The notes below the pieces were generated by a model. That model was given only the letters and a program-made list of their open reading frames with translations. It was not told the origin of the DNA and did not search any database. Position numbers and translations under genes: made by a program. A stretch of DNA of 35,378 nt from Cyanobacteria bacterium J06623_7 (GTDB lineage: Bacteria; Cyanobacteriota; Cyanobacteriia; Cyanobacteriales; Xenococcaceae). The stretch spans positions 1 through 35,378 of the forward strand of contig JBCBIN010000001.1 in NCBI GenBank assembly GCA_038524555.1. The letters are read 5' to 3'. Below, piece after piece: positions 8,718 to 19,554 of this stretch (within the stretch, counting starts at the first letter, position 1; each line of letters starts with the position of its first letter).

Positions 8718-10175
8718 ATGCGCGTAGCAATTGTGGGAGCAGGTCTGGCAGGGATGTCCACGGCTATAGATTTAGTCGATGCTGGAGCTGATGTAGAGAT
8801 ATTTGAATCGCGTCCTTTTGTGGGCGGCAAAGTGGGTAGCTGGATTGACAAGGACGGAAATCATTTAGAAATGGGCCTCCACGTCTTTTTTGGCTGCTAC
8901 TACAACTTGTTTGGCTTAATGGCAAAGGTGGGTGCGCTAGATAATTTGCGTCTCAAGCAGCATACTCATACCTTCATCAACGAAGGAGCTAGATTAGGGG
9001 AGCTCGACTTTCGTTTCCTTACGGGAGCACCTTTTAACGGTCTCAAGGCCTTTTTTACCACTTCACAACTTTCTACGGTTGATAAAGCGGCCAACTCTCT
9101 AGCTCTGGGTACGAGCCCGATTGTAAGAGCCTTAGTCGATCCCGAAGGAGCGATGAAAACTATTCGAGATCTCGATCGCCTGAGCTTTGCCGACTGGTTT
9201 CGCAGTCATGGGGGCAATAACGGCAGCTTACGGAAGATGTGGGATCCGATTGCTTATGCCCTGGGTTTTATCGATACAGAAAATATTTCTGCCCGCTGCA
9301 TGCTCACTATCTTTCAATTTTTTGCGACGAAGACGGAAGCATCGGTACTAAGAATGCTTGAGGGTTCTCCAGCAGAATACCTGCACAAGCCTATTGTTGA
9401 CTATTTAGAGGCGAGGGGGACTAAAATTCATACCCGCCATCGAGTTAAAGAAATCCTGTTTGCCGATGCAGATGATGAAACTAAGGTTACGGGGATGATT
9501 GTCAGCAATGGCGAGACTGAAACAAATATTGAAGCTGATGTCTATGTTTGTGCTTGCGACGTGCCGGGAATCAAGCGAGTCATTCCTCCTGCATGGCGTA
9601 AGTGGCCGGAATTTGACAATATTTACAAGCTAAATGCAGTTCCCGTAGCGACGGTACAGCTTCGCTTTGACGGTTGGGTAACAGAATTAAATGATGCCGC
9701 TCAGCGTCAGCAGCTAGAAACGGCAGTGGGTATAGATAACTTACTTTACACTCCCGATGCCGACTTTTCTTGTTTTGCCGACCTCGCTCTAACCAGTCCT
9801 GGGGACTACTACAAGCCAGGAGAGGGTTCTTTACTCCAGCTAGTTCTAACTCCAGGAGATCCCTACATTCGCGAGAAAAACGAAGATATTGCCCATCGTA
9901 TCCTCGAACAAGTACATAAGCTATTCCCTTCTTCTAGGGAGCTAAATATGACCTGGTACAGCGTAGTTAAACTGGCAGAGTCTCTCTACCGCGAAGCGCC
10001 AGGGATGGATCCCTACCGTCCACCCCAGCAAACCCCCGTCGGTAATTTCTTTTTAGCCGGAAGCTATACCCAACAGGACTATATTGATAGTATGGAGGGG
10101 GCGACCATATCGGGAAAACAAGCTGCCAAAGCCATATTGGAGAACGTAGCCGTAAACGCGGCCGTGACAGTATGA
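8718..10175 (+). CDS. crtQ: 9,9'-di-cis-zeta-carotene desaturase
   Basis: FAD motif '[10 protein letters not shown]', plus '[15 protein letters not shown]', '[13 protein letters not shown]' and '[12 protein letters not shown]'. Confidence 0.95.
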   Translation: MRVAIVGAGLAGMSTAIDLVDAGADVEIFESRPFVGGKVGSWIDKDGNHLEMGLHVFFGCYYNLFGLMAKVGALDNLRLKQHTHTFINEGARLGELDFRFLTGAPFNGLKAFFTTSQLSTVDKAANSLALGTSPIVRALVDPEGAMKTIRDLDRLSFADWFRSHGGNNGSLRKMWDPIAYALGFIDTENISARCMLTIFQFFATKTEASVLRMLEGSPAEYLHKPIVDYLEARGTKIHTRHRVKEILFADADDETKVTGMIVSNGETETNIEADVYVCACDVPGIKRVIPPAWRKWPEFDNIYKLNAVPVATVQLRFDGWVTELNDAAQRQQLETAVGIDNLLYTPDADFSCFADLALTSPGDYYKPGEGSLLQLVLTPGDPYIREKNEDIAHRILEQVHKLFPSSRELNMTWYSVVKLAESLYREAPGMDPYRPPQQTPVGNFFLAGSYTQQDYIDSMEGATISGKQAAKAILENVAVNAAVTV

Positions 10176-10223
10176 TGCCGATCGCCTTTATGGGATAATT
10201 AATGCAGTATACCGTCTTGCAAT

Positions 10224-10670
10224 ATGACAGACTGGCTAGAGCACACCGTACAAATTGAAGTTCCAGTGCCTATTGAACTAGCCTGGAGTCTGTGGTCAGA
10301 TTTAGAACAGATGACAATCTGGATGAAGTGGATTGAATCGGTCAAAATTTTACCCGAGCAACCCGAACTATCTCGTTGGAAACTGGCTAGTGGTGGATTT
10401 AACTTTACCTGGCTGTCTCGTATTGTGCAAATTATCCCCCAGCAAGTTATTGAATGGCAGTCTGTGGATGGTTTACCGAATAAAGGTGCCATCCGTTTCT
10501 ATGATCGCAAGGAGCAGGGTTGCATTGTTAAAATGTCTTTTGCTTATGCCGTACCAGGAATTATTGGCAAGCTGATGGATAATCTTATTGGCGATATTGT
10601 CGAATCTACGGTGATGGCAGATTTAGAGCGATTTAAAGCCTATGCGATCGAGCAACAAAACAAAGCCTAG
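10224..10670 (+). CDS. SRPBCC/polyketide-cyclase-like (START fold) protein
   Basis: 'WLEHTVQIEVPVP....W.LWSDLEQM..WMKWI..V' and 'WQSVDGLPNKGAIRFY'. A typical neighbour of crtQ. Confidence 0.85.
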   Translation: MTDWLEHTVQIEVPVPIELAWSLWSDLEQMTIWMKWIESVKILPEQPELSRWKLASGGFNFTWLSRIVQIIPQQVIEWQSVDGLPNKGAIRFYDRKEQGCIVKMSFAYAVPGIIGKLMDNLIGDIVESTVMADLERFKAYAIEQQNKA

Positions 10671-10955
10671 AAGATTGAAGACTCCAAACTTGAGATTACT
10701 GAGATAGTCGATCTTAGTTATAAGCCATCACGCTCTACCAATTGTCACCATAAAAGTGTATTTGCATACAGCAATTAAAAGCTAAATCTGACACAGTTGT
10801 ACTAATCAAGACGGGCATAAATAAGGCAGCTATTGGTTTTGCAGGAAGCTTAGATATACCTTATTTCTTACTTAAGCTCTAACGAATCCCTTCGGGTCAC
10901 GAAGCAGGAACAGTCGCCCCCAGTTAAACTCTGCATTCTCAACAATTAAGAATCA

Positions 10956-12674
10956 ATGCAACCCAAAATTATCGTTTGTGGCTTGGGACGCACCGGCTCA
11001 AAAATATATAGCCTACTCAAACAGCAAGGGGCGGAAGTTGTGGCAATTAGCCGTCACCCGACTGGTAACTCCAACAGCAGACAAATCATCGTTGGCGACC
11101 CGAGAGATAACGTTACCCTAATTCAAGCAGGAATTAGACGCGCCCAGACTTTAGTTTTGGTACATGACGATGATGCCCTCAATCTCGCCATTCTGACCCA
11201 GGCTAGAGTGCTAAATCCCCAGATTCGGATTATCAATCGTCTGCTCAATCATGCTTTGGGCGATCGCCTAGATTTAACCTTGCCCAATCACTTTACGATG
11301 AGTGTCGCCGCGTTATCTTCGCCCCTATTTACTTTTGCGGCGCTAGGTAATAAAGCGATCGGTCAACTCCAGCTATTTGACCGTACTTGGCCGATTAACG
11401 AAGAAATCATCGATCGCAATCATCCCTGGCTGCATAGAAAACTCGAAGACCTTTGGGTCGATCCCAATCGCATGCTGATTTACTATCTACCCGTGACGGG
11501 GGAAATAGACTTAGTTTCAGCGATCGCTAACAATAAAACTCTGGCACTCGGCGATCGCCTAATTATCGGCAATAAACCCCAGGTGTTAACTAAGCGCCAT
11601 AATTGGCAGAAAAAACTTTCTAAGGCAGTCTTAAATTTACCTCGCTATCAACGTTATGCTCGTCCCGTGACCCTAGTCAGCTTGGCGTTACTGGCGGTAA
11701 TTTGTGCAGCTACGATTGTTTATGTGAGCGTTAATCTGCAAACTTCCATTGCTGATGCCCTTTATTTTTCTGTGGGCATGATTACCGGCGCGGGGGGAAA
11801 AGAAGAAGTCGCCGAGGGGGCAACAGACTACATTAAAGTATTTACCGCCGTGATGATGATCGTGGGGGCGGGAGTAATTGGTATTTGCTATGCCTTAATT
11901 AACGATTTTGTCTTGGGCAGTCGTTTTCGCCAAACTATTGATGCAGCGCGGATTCCTCGGCATCACCATCATATCGTCTGTGGCTTGGGGGGCTTAGGGA
12001 TTCAGGTTGCCCGTCAGCTATACGCTCAGGGACACGAGGTAGTTGTTATTGAATCTGACCCCAACAATCGCTATATTCGGGCTGCCCGTGCCAAGGGTAT
12101 ACCGGTAATCATTGAAGATGCCAGCATGCCCTCTAGCCTTAAGGCGGTTAACGTCAAGCGAGCGGCAAGTCTCGTGGCAGTTACAAGTCAAGACACCACC
12201 AATCTCGAAATTAGTCTGACGGCAAAAGCTCTCGCTCCCTGTTTGAAAACTGTGGTACGTAGTGGCGATCCTCAATTTGCTCAGTCCATGCAGGAAGTAT
12301 TTCAATTTGACCAGGTACTGTCTCCCGTCGAGCTGGCTACCTATTCCTTTGCCGCAGCAGCTTTAGGGGGCAGAATTTTAGGAAGCGGCATGACCCAAGA
12401 CCTACTCTGGGTTGCCTTAGGGACCATGATTACCCCCAATCATCCATTTCATCAGCAAACAGTACAGACGGCAGCAATTAAGAGTGATTTTGTCCCGCTT
12501 TATTTAGAGCGTCATAATCAAACTTTACACGGCTGGCAGTTATTAAAAACGACCCTACAGTCCCAAGACGTTCTCTATTTGACTATGCCGGCGAGTGGTC
12601 TAGAGAGACTCTGGCAAAATAAGAATATTGATGATGATTTATTAGATCGCCTTGAAGGCAGCTTTGCTAATTAG
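10956..12674 (+). CDS. TrkA-N/RCK-domain ion (potassium-family) channel with two RCK regions flanking a 2-TM pore
   Basis: Two Rossmann motifs 'IIVCGLGRTG' and 'HIVCGLGGLG'. Two TM helices flank the pore helix 'ALYFSVGMITGAGG'. Confidence 0.85.
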   Translation: MQPKIIVCGLGRTGSKIYSLLKQQGAEVVAISRHPTGNSNSRQIIVGDPRDNVTLIQAGIRRAQTLVLVHDDDALNLAILTQARVLNPQIRIINRLLNHALGDRLDLTLPNHFTMSVAALSSPLFTFAALGNKAIGQLQLFDRTWPINEEIIDRNHPWLHRKLEDLWVDPNRMLIYYLPVTGEIDLVSAIANNKTLALGDRLIIGNKPQVLTKRHNWQKKLSKAVLNLPRYQRYARPVTLVSLALLAVICAATIVYVSVNLQTSIADALYFSVGMITGAGGKEEVAEGATDYIKVFTAVMMIVGAGVIGICYALINDFVLGSRFRQTIDAARIPRHHHHIVCGLGGLGIQVARQLYAQGHEVVVIESDPNNRYIRAARAKGIPVIIEDASMPSSLKAVNVKRAASLVAVTSQDTTNLEISLTAKALAPCLKTVVRSGDPQFAQSMQEVFQFDQVLSPVELATYSFAAAALGGRILGSGMTQDLLWVALGTMITPNHPFHQQTVQTAAIKSDFVPLYLERHNQTLHGWQLLKTTLQSQDVLYLTMPASGLERLWQNKNIDDDLLDRLEGSFAN

Positions 12675-12731
12675 AGCCTGTGGTCAAGTCAACTGTAGGG
12701 AAAAATATCCTATGGCATCTACAAGAATTGA

Positions 12732-14186
12732 CTATCCGTCTAAGTCCCCTTCCATGACTGTTGCTAGAGCTTTCTGGGTAGTACTCTTAAACTCATTAAC
12801 ATCGACTCGCTCCAAAATAACAATGGCGCAAATCATGCCCAGTGCCTGAATAATAAAAACCAAAGCATATGCCAATAGGGACTGCTCAAAAATATTTTTA
12901 CCTACGTCAAGGATGATACCGCCAATAAAGGTTGCCAATCCTCTGGACATAGCTTGAGCTAGGCCCCAAGCACCAATAAAAGTCCCTGCTGTTTTCGCAG
13001 CAGTCAAATCTAGCATCAGACTAATTCCCCCCACAGTAGCTATTCCCGCCGCCGCACCAAATAAGACCATCGCTCCCTGTAAAACTGTGGGCTGTTGGGT
13101 AAATCCCGCCGCTATAATCAAACCAAAGCAACAGGCAACTAAAATACAGCCAACTTTGGTAGTCGTTTTTTTTCCTAGTTTGGGGATAATCAAAAATCCC
13201 GTCAGGCTATAGCCGAGCAAAATACCCATACCCCAAAAAGCATTAAGCTGGGTTGTTTCACCGATGCTCATGCCAAATACTTCCCCACCATAGGGTTCGA
13301 GTACCGCTTCTTGCATAAATAGCCCGATGGTAAGTAAAGAGAGAAAGGAAAAAAAGATACCGGTTTGGCGACTGGTAGTCAGAATTTTTAAGGCACGACT
13401 GATGCTAACACTATCTTCCCGGTTGGTGGTTAGGTTTTGATTAAAGCGAGAATATTTTTGCTCTACCTTCCAGGTGGCAACTAAAGCCAAGCCAAAAACT
13501 AAAAAAGGTACCAAGCTAAATACCTTGTTAATTGGTGGCTGTAAAATTTCTAAGGGAATATTTCCCGCTGCTATTCCCGCTGCCTCAATTTGCTTAAACA
13601 TGATACTGCCGCTGACTCCACCAATAACAATGCCCACCATGAGCATCGACCAAACGATCGCAATTAACTTCGAACGTCTTTCTTCCGTCGTAATATCTAC
13701 CAGCAAAGCCGTAAAGGGAGTAGAGGCACAGCTAACTGCCAAACCGTAAATAGCCATAATTAAGCCCAATAAAGCACTCCAACCGATTGTCTGAATATTC
13801 CATTGCCAACCGCCGGTAGCTTTAACTACTTGACCTAGCTGCCACACAGCCTGAACTGCTAAAAATACGGCGAAGCCAAATATTGCCGTCCCGATTAAGA
13901 CATAATTAGTGCGATGGCGACCAAAAACTGGTTTGCTATCTGATAGCTGTCCGAACCATACTCGAGCGGGAGCAACAAATAAGGATGTAGCCAAAATTCC
14001 CCCCGTAATCGTTGCCGGGATGCTCAGTTCACTAATCATCACGCGGTTAATTACAGCCAGAGTTAATACCGCCATCAAACCTAAACCCATGTTAAACAGA
14101 CCTAGACGAAAGATAGTTGCAATTCCGACCTCTCGCTTGGGGCGATTTTGCATCTCCCTTGACTCAGAGTATTTTTCAATAGTCAT
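12732..14186 (-). CDS. pucC: PucC/BCD-family MFS transporter
   Basis: 'RLGLFNMGLG...LTLAVINRVMISEL', 'FMQEAVLEPYGGEVFGM' and 'GTFIGAWGLAQA'. About 12 hydrophobic segments. Confidence 0.85.
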   Translation of the reverse strand: MTIEKYSESREMQNRPKREVGIATIFRLGLFNMGLGLMAVLTLAVINRVMISELSIPATITGGILATSLFVAPARVWFGQLSDSKPVFGRHRTNYVLIGTAIFGFAVFLAVQAVWQLGQVVKATGGWQWNIQTIGWSALLGLIMAIYGLAVSCASTPFTALLVDITTEERRSKLIAIVWSMLMVGIVIGGVSGSIMFKQIEAAGIAAGNIPLEILQPPINKVFSLVPFLVFGLALVATWKVEQKYSRFNQNLTTNREDSVSISRALKILTTSRQTGIFFSFLSLLTIGLFMQEAVLEPYGGEVFGMSIGETTQLNAFWGMGILLGYSLTGFLIIPKLGKKTTTKVGCILVACCFGLIIAAGFTQQPTVLQGAMVLFGAAAGIATVGGISLMLDLTAAKTAGTFIGAWGLAQAMSRGLATFIGGIILDVGKNIFEQSLLAYALVFIIQALGMICAIVILERVDVNEFKSTTQKALATVMEGDLDG

Positions 14187-14285
14187 TTTTTATATTTGTT
14201 CTATATACGTGTTTTATATACGAGGATGATAATTAATTATTTCTAGCGATCTACTTCTCGTTCGAAACATACTGCAATTCTAAAT

Positions 14286-14332
14286 AAAAAAAGATCGCCT
14301 GTTCGGTTTTAATAACGAGCGATCTCCTTTTT
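14286..14332 (-). terminator. Probable intrinsic terminator downstream of lepA
   Basis: AGATCGC (14292-14298) / GCGATCT (14319-14325) inverted repeat flanked by an A tract (U tract on the minus strand) and a T tract. Confidence 0.55.
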
Positions 14333-14342
14333 ATGGATACTA

Positions 14343-14395
14343 GTGGGCAAATTTGTTTATCTGAATATTTGCTTTGAGTGCTATATTTTGCCCAC
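14343..14395. repeat. GTGGGCAAA...TTTGCCCAC inverted repeat (REP-like)
   Basis: Perfect 9-bp inverted repeat at 14343-14351 / 14387-14395, immediately after the lepA stop codon. Confidence 0.5.
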
Positions 14396-14402
14396 CCTTA
14401 CG

Positions 14403-16214
14403 CTACTCTTTACCGATTTTCAACACAGCCATAAACGCCTCTTGGGGAACATCTACCGTCCCGATTGACTTCATGCGCTTCTTACCTTTTGCTTGTTTTT
14501 GCAGAAGTTTTTTCTTCCGCGAAATATCACCGCCATAACACTTTGCTAGAACATCCTTACGTAAGGCAGGAATGTGTTCGCTGGCAATCACCTTGGCACC
14601 AATTGCCGCTTGAATCGGGACTTTAAACTGGTGGCGAGGAATCAACTCTTTCAGTTTTTCGGTTAAAGCACGACCGACATAGTAGGCTTTGTCTTTATGA
14701 ACGATGGTAGATAGAGCATCTACGGGATCTTTATTAACCAAGATATCGAGTTTAACTAGCTGGTCGGAACGATAGCCGAGCATTTGATATTCCATGCTGG
14801 CATAACCTTTGGTACGAGACTTCATCTGGTCGAAAAAGTCGGTGACCACCTCCGCTAGCGGCAGTTCATAAACCAAACAAGTACGATTTTGCGTAAAGTA
14901 CTTCATATCTTTGAAAATACCCCGTCGAGTTTGACATAAATCCATCAAAGTCCCGACAAAGTTTTCGGGAGTAATAATTTCTACCTTAATAAAAGGCTCC
15001 TCAATTTTTTCTCGCTTTTGTGGGTCGGGCAAGAGGCTGGGATTGTCTATTTCCATGACTTCCCCATCAATTGTGGTGACACGATAAATTACCGAGGGAG
15101 CAGTGGTAATTAATTCGAGGTTGTACTCTCGTTCTAATCTCTCCTGAACGATTTCCATATGTAGCAGACCCAAAAAACCACAGCGGAAACCAAAACCCAT
15201 CGCGCTAGATGTTTCTGGTTCATAAGACAGAGCAGCATCGTTAAGCTTGAGCTTATCTAGAGCTTCCCGCAGGTCGGGATACTGGTCGGAATCGGTCGGA
15301 AATAAACCGCAGAAAACCATTGGCTTCGCTTCGGTATAGCCCGGGAGGGCTTCTGGTGCAGCCTCTTCGACCAAAGTTATCGTATCGCCAACGCGAGCAT
15401 CTTCTACCGCTTTGATGGCGGCGGCAAAGTAGCCCACTTCCCCAGCATGAAGCTCATCTACTTCTACCTGAGTTGGGGCTAGGATACCGAGTTCGTCAAT
15501 TACATACTCCTTACCCGATGCCATCAGCCGCACATTATCGCCTTTTTTAACCTTGCCATCCATGACGCGGAAATAAACTACCACACCGCGATAGGCATCG
15601 TAATAACTATCAAAAATCAAGGCTCTTAGAGGTTCGTCAACCGTATCTGCAGGGGGGGGAACCTGCTGGACGATCGCCTCTAAAATATCGTCAACCCCCA
15701 AACCAATTTTGGCCGAAGCCTCAATAATATCAGTACAGTCCAAACCGACTACATCTTCAATCTCTTGGGCGACTCGCTCGGGTTCTGCTCCGGGCAAGTC
15801 AATTTTATTAAGTACGGGAATAATTTCTAAATCGTTTTCTAAAGCCAAATAAACATTTGCCAGAGTTTGCGCCTCAACGCCCTGGGAAGCATCTACCACT
15901 AACAGCGCTCCCTCACAAGCTGCTAGAGAACGGGATACCTCATAGGAGAAATCCACATGCCCGGGGGTGTCGATCAAATTTAAGACATAGTCTTGTCCGT
16001 CCTTTGCCTTATAGTTCATCCTGGCTGCCTGGAGCTTAATCGTAATGCCCCGTTCTCGCTCTAGATCCATGTTGTCGAGGAATTGCTCTTTCATCTGCCT
16101 TTGAGCAACTGTTCCTGTATCTTGCAGCATACGATCCGCCAGGGTAGATTTACCATGATCGATATGGGCAATGATAGAGAAGTTGCGGATGCGAGACACG
16201 GGGACGTCAGTCAT
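14403..16214 (-). CDS. lepA: Elongation factor 4 (LepA)
   Basis: '[20 protein letters not shown]', 'DTPGHVDF', '[22 protein letters not shown]' and '[14 protein letters not shown]'. Confidence 0.98.
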   Translation of the reverse strand: MTDVPVSRIRNFSIIAHIDHGKSTLADRMLQDTGTVAQRQMKEQFLDNMDLERERGITIKLQAARMNYKAKDGQDYVLNLIDTPGHVDFSYEVSRSLAACEGALLVVDASQGVEAQTLANVYLALENDLEIIPVLNKIDLPGAEPERVAQEIEDVVGLDCTDIIEASAKIGLGVDDILEAIVQQVPPPADTVDEPLRALIFDSYYDAYRGVVVYFRVMDGKVKKGDNVRLMASGKEYVIDELGILAPTQVEVDELHAGEVGYFAAAIKAVEDARVGDTITLVEEAAPEALPGYTEAKPMVFCGLFPTDSDQYPDLREALDKLKLNDAALSYEPETSSAMGFGFRCGFLGLLHMEIVQERLEREYNLELITTAPSVIYRVTTIDGEVMEIDNPSLLPDPQKREKIEEPFIKVEIITPENFVGTLMDLCQTRRGIFKDMKYFTQNRTCLVYELPLAEVVTDFFDQMKSRTKGYASMEYQMLGYRSDQLVKLDILVNKDPVDALSTIVHKDKAYYVGRALTEKLKELIPRHQFKVPIQAAIGAKVIASEHIPALRKDVLAKCYGGDISRKKKLLQKQAKGKKRMKSIGTVDVPQEAFMAVLKIGKE

Positions 16215-16374
16215 AAAAGTTTATAAGAGTTAAGAATCTTTAAAAGTTACTATTTGGTATATTGTAATGTTCATTTTTACTTATTTTCCAATCTGCCAGA
16301 GATTTTTTCTCAGCTAGACTTTTTTGAGCTCGGGTTTCTGTTGGTATAGGTAAAATAGGATTAGAATCAGGAAA

Positions 16375-16629
16375 ATGTTTATGAATGATAATCGCTTCAA
16401 TGACGATCGCACTGACAGAGAAGCAGAAAATATAGATAGGGTTAGGGTTTCTGTCGATCTAGACCAAGAAATTTTAGAGCAAATTAAACATTTGACCAAC
16501 AACCCTAGTCGAGTAATTGAGGCAGCAATCAAGCAGTGGCTTCGTGGTGAGAGAAATGATAATACTGACTTGACTAGAACGTTTCAACGCAACCCTCCAG
16601 TTCCGCCCCAAGGGGAATGGAATGACTAA
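16375..16629 (+). CDS. Small ribbon-helix-helix-like protein (CcdA/CopG antitoxin-like)
   Basis: 'VRVSVDLDQEILEQIKHLTNNPSRVIEAAIKQWL' has a beta-alpha-alpha RHH pattern. AGGA RBS upstream. Divergent from lepA. Confidence 0.7.
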   Translation: MFMNDNRFNDDRTDREAENIDRVRVSVDLDQEILEQIKHLTNNPSRVIEAAIKQWLRGERNDNTDLTRTFQRNPPVPPQGEWND

Positions 16630-16865
16630 TAATTACTACTGTTGTTTCTGTCTTAGATGGAAAGGCGATCGCTTTTTTAGTTTGTAATTGGGCAAGAATT
16701 GTTTAACCTTTGCCAACGCCAATATTTATCGTAATTCCGATTAAATGCTTAGTTAGCTTACTCTATCGACTATTTATGGCTTACTGCTTATATATCTATA
16801 GGTTATAGTTTCAGGTATGATGTCGAGCTTTTTGGCAAACTTCCGGAACTGTTATCTATTGACCA

Positions 16866-18566
16866 ATGCTCCCCAAACCCGATTTAACGAGAAATAGTCA
16901 TACTGCTATGTCAGCCAACAAGATTGAATGGCAACATCTGGGAGCAGAATTAGTTTTTACTCAGGATATTGCTGGCAATTATCTGTCTTTCTGGTGGGCA
17001 AAAGCGGCAGAATACGGATTTGGTGGGACTTCTTCCCCAGAGCTAGAAATCCCTGGGGAAAATATTTTAGCTCCGGTGGATCTCGATACGTATCTTCAAA
17101 AAGTCCGTCGTGTTCTCAAGCGCCGTTTACCCGAACAATGCTACTGTCTGTTTCGCTGTCGGGATATTTCCTATTCTTTTGAGTTGATTATTAGCCCAAT
17201 CTTACCCCCCGTGGGCGAGGCAAGAGCGGTAATGGTTATGGGTCATTTGCTAGAGGAAGCGGAGATGTTTTCTTTTGCAGAAGATGATATGCCGGCGGCG
17301 ATTTATAGTTATCAGAAGTTACTAAGTCAGGTAGTGCAACAAATCCGCCGTAGCCTAGATTTAGCGACGATTTATGAACATACGGTACAGAATATTGGCT
17401 CTACTTTTGCGGCTAGTCGCTGTTTAATTTTAGCCAACCAGCACAGCTTAACTCGCTTCTCGGTTGAGGCAGAATACTGCCGCGATAACTATGACTCGAC
17501 GACAAATTATCCAATTGACTGGAGTGAAGAAGAACACTTATACCAGGCTCTACAATCGGTTCATCCTCTGGCGCTAGACTTTATCGAGCGAGATTTACTA
17601 CAGCGCAAATCAGTTTTAGTCATTGCTACCAACAGCGATAGTGAAGACAGCTTGCTTATTTGTCTACAGCAGTGTGATCGCTTTCGGCACTGGACAACGG
17701 CAGAACGGGAAATGTTGCGGGAAATTGCCGAGCAGGTAGAAGCCGCTATTTCTCTGGCTAAACTCTATCGTGAAGTGGAACAGGCAAGCATTCAAGCAGA
17801 AGAAGCCAGCCGCCTCAAAAGTGACTTTTTAGCCAATACCTCCCACGAACTGCGTACTCCCCTCAACGGTATTATTGGCTTTTTAAAACTGCTGTTAGAA
17901 GGAATGGCAGACGACCCCGAAGAACAGCGCGAGTTTATTGAGGAAGCATATAAATCATCGATTCATCTGCTTAATTTAATTAACGATATCCTCGATATTG
18001 CCAAAATTGAAGCGGGCAAAATGGAGCTAGAATTAGCCGAAATCGAACTCAAAGAACTGTTTCAGGATGTAGATAATCTAATTCAAACTCAAGCCAAGCA
18101 AAAAAATCTCAGCTTCCAGATTAAACCCCCCGCTACCCTAACTCCAGTCATGCTGTACGGCAACTATCAGCGGCTGTTACAGGTAATGTTGAATCTGATT
18201 AGTAACGGCATCAAATTTACCCAAGAGGGGGGAATCGTCGTTAGTGCCGAAGTCAGCAATAAGAAAATTGAGTGTCAGGGCATTGAGTTTCCGGGAATGG
18301 TAAAAATTAGCGTTGCCGATACGGGCATTGGGGTGTCTTTAGAAAAGCAAGACAAGCTGTTTGAAAATTTCTATCAGGTGGATGGTTCGCGCACTAAAGC
18401 CTATGGAGGAACTGGATTAGGTTTGGCTATTTCTCAGAAACTAGTGGCGGCAATGGGAGGAACAATTTCTTTTTATAGTATGGGAGATGGTTTGGGTTCT
18501 ACCGTCACTTTTACCGTGCCTTTGAGTCATTTACCCGTGATTAAAACCGTACAGTCTGAAGAGTAG
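16866..18566 (+). CDS. PAS-like/GAF sensor histidine kinase
   Basis: GAF start '[12 protein letters not shown]', H-box '[18 protein letters not shown]', '[10 protein letters not shown]', 'DTGIG' and '[10 protein letters not shown]'. No receiver domain. Confidence 0.9.
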   Translation: MLPKPDLTRNSHTAMSANKIEWQHLGAELVFTQDIAGNYLSFWWAKAAEYGFGGTSSPELEIPGENILAPVDLDTYLQKVRRVLKRRLPEQCYCLFRCRDISYSFELIISPILPPVGEARAVMVMGHLLEEAEMFSFAEDDMPAAIYSYQKLLSQVVQQIRRSLDLATIYEHTVQNIGSTFAASRCLILANQHSLTRFSVEAEYCRDNYDSTTNYPIDWSEEEHLYQALQSVHPLALDFIERDLLQRKSVLVIATNSDSEDSLLICLQQCDRFRHWTTAEREMLREIAEQVEAAISLAKLYREVEQASIQAEEASRLKSDFLANTSHELRTPLNGIIGFLKLLLEGMADDPEEQREFIEEAYKSSIHLLNLINDILDIAKIEAGKMELELAEIELKELFQDVDNLIQTQAKQKNLSFQIKPPATLTPVMLYGNYQRLLQVMLNLISNGIKFTQEGGIVVSAEVSNKKIECQGIEFPGMVKISVADTGIGVSLEKQDKLFENFYQVDGSRTKAYGGTGLGLAISQKLVAAMGGTISFYSMGDGLGSTVTFTVPLSHLPVIKTVQSEE

Positions 18567-18633
18567 AATACGCTCTAAGCTTCTCAAATGATTAGCCGTA
18601 TTTTCTCAACTGTCGGGCAATTGGTTTACTAGC

Positions 18634-19518
18634 ATGAGTAATCTCTTTTTTGTCATCGTTAACTATTATTCCAGCGAGTTAATTGATCGCCTGTTGCAAT
18701 CTCTAACCGTAGATTATCAGCTAAAATTTCAAGCTGTAATTGTTAATAATTCTCTTGACGATGTTTTTATAGGCAATCTAAGCAGCGAGGGGATTCATGT
18801 AATTGAGGCACCAGAAAATCTGGGTTTTGGTCGGGCGTGTAATTTGGGTTTAGACTGGATTTTTAGTCAAGATCCCCAAGCAATTGTCTGGTTGATCAAT
18901 CCCGATACTTATTTTCCGTCAGAAGCGAATTTAGCCATTGAATCACCCCCACAAAAAGCGATCGCCCTATTTCAGCAATATCCTCAGTTATCAATAGTGG
19001 GAACGACGGTCTACGATCCTGCGGGTCAGCTAATCGATGCGGGAGGAAAATTTCAACCGGGAACAGCAGCAATAACCATTGTCAATACCTTCCCGTCAGA
19101 CTGTACGGCTGAATATTTGCCCGTAGATTGGGTCAGCGGCTGTAGTTTGCTGCTCAATTTGGCTAATTTTGCCACCTGTCCTCATTTCGATCCCCGTTAT
19201 TTTCTCTATTACGAAGACCTGGATTTTTGTCTCCGCTACGGACAGCAACACCAGATTGTGATCGCGCCCCAGATTCGGGTAATTCATGAAACTTCGTCCA
19301 TAACCGACCGGAATTTAGGTATCAAGTATCGCCATATTACCCACAGCTACCTAATTCATATTGAAAAACACGGCAACTTACCGACATTTATCATTACCAA
19401 CCTGCGAATGGCAGTAAATACCTTAAGATTGTTGGTGTTTAGACCACAGCAGGGTCGAGGAAAATTGAAGGGAATGTATCATTATTGGCATACCCGATTC
19501 ATCAAGATACAGAATTAA
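18634..19518 (+). CDS. Family 2 glycosyltransferase (WbbL/rhamnosyltransferase-like)
   Basis: 'VIVNY', 'NLGFGRACNLG', 'WLINPD', 'WVSGCSLL' and 'FLYYEDLDFCLR'. Confidence 0.9.
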   Translation: MSNLFFVIVNYYSSELIDRLLQSLTVDYQLKFQAVIVNNSLDDVFIGNLSSEGIHVIEAPENLGFGRACNLGLDWIFSQDPQAIVWLINPDTYFPSEANLAIESPPQKAIALFQQYPQLSIVGTTVYDPAGQLIDAGGKFQPGTAAITIVNTFPSDCTAEYLPVDWVSGCSLLLNLANFATCPHFDPRYFLYYEDLDFCLRYGQQHQIVIAPQIRVIHETSSITDRNLGIKYRHITHSYLIHIEKHGNLPTFIITNLRMAVNTLRLLVFRPQQGRGKLKGMYHYWHTRFIKIQN

Positions 19519-19554
19519 ATTAGATCTCTCTTTTTCTCACTAATAGCACGCGCC

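Noticed and set aside
10757-10770. TGTA...TACA palindrome as an NtcA box
   Set aside because: Spacing is GTA-N6-TAC, not the required N8.
10800-10930. c-di-AMP (ydaO) riboswitch, 6S RNA or SRP RNA
   Set aside because: I could not find the hallmark conserved segments (e.g. ydaO CCGUCAGCUAAC, SRP CAGG..GGAAG..AGCAG). It is kept only as an unassigned candidate.
16375-16865. Type II toxin-antitoxin system
   Set aside because: No adjacent toxin-sized ORF on the same strand.
16845-16875. Second GGAAC as a SigG promoter before the kinase
   Set aside because: There is no GTC -10 element at the right spacing, and it would overlap the start codon.
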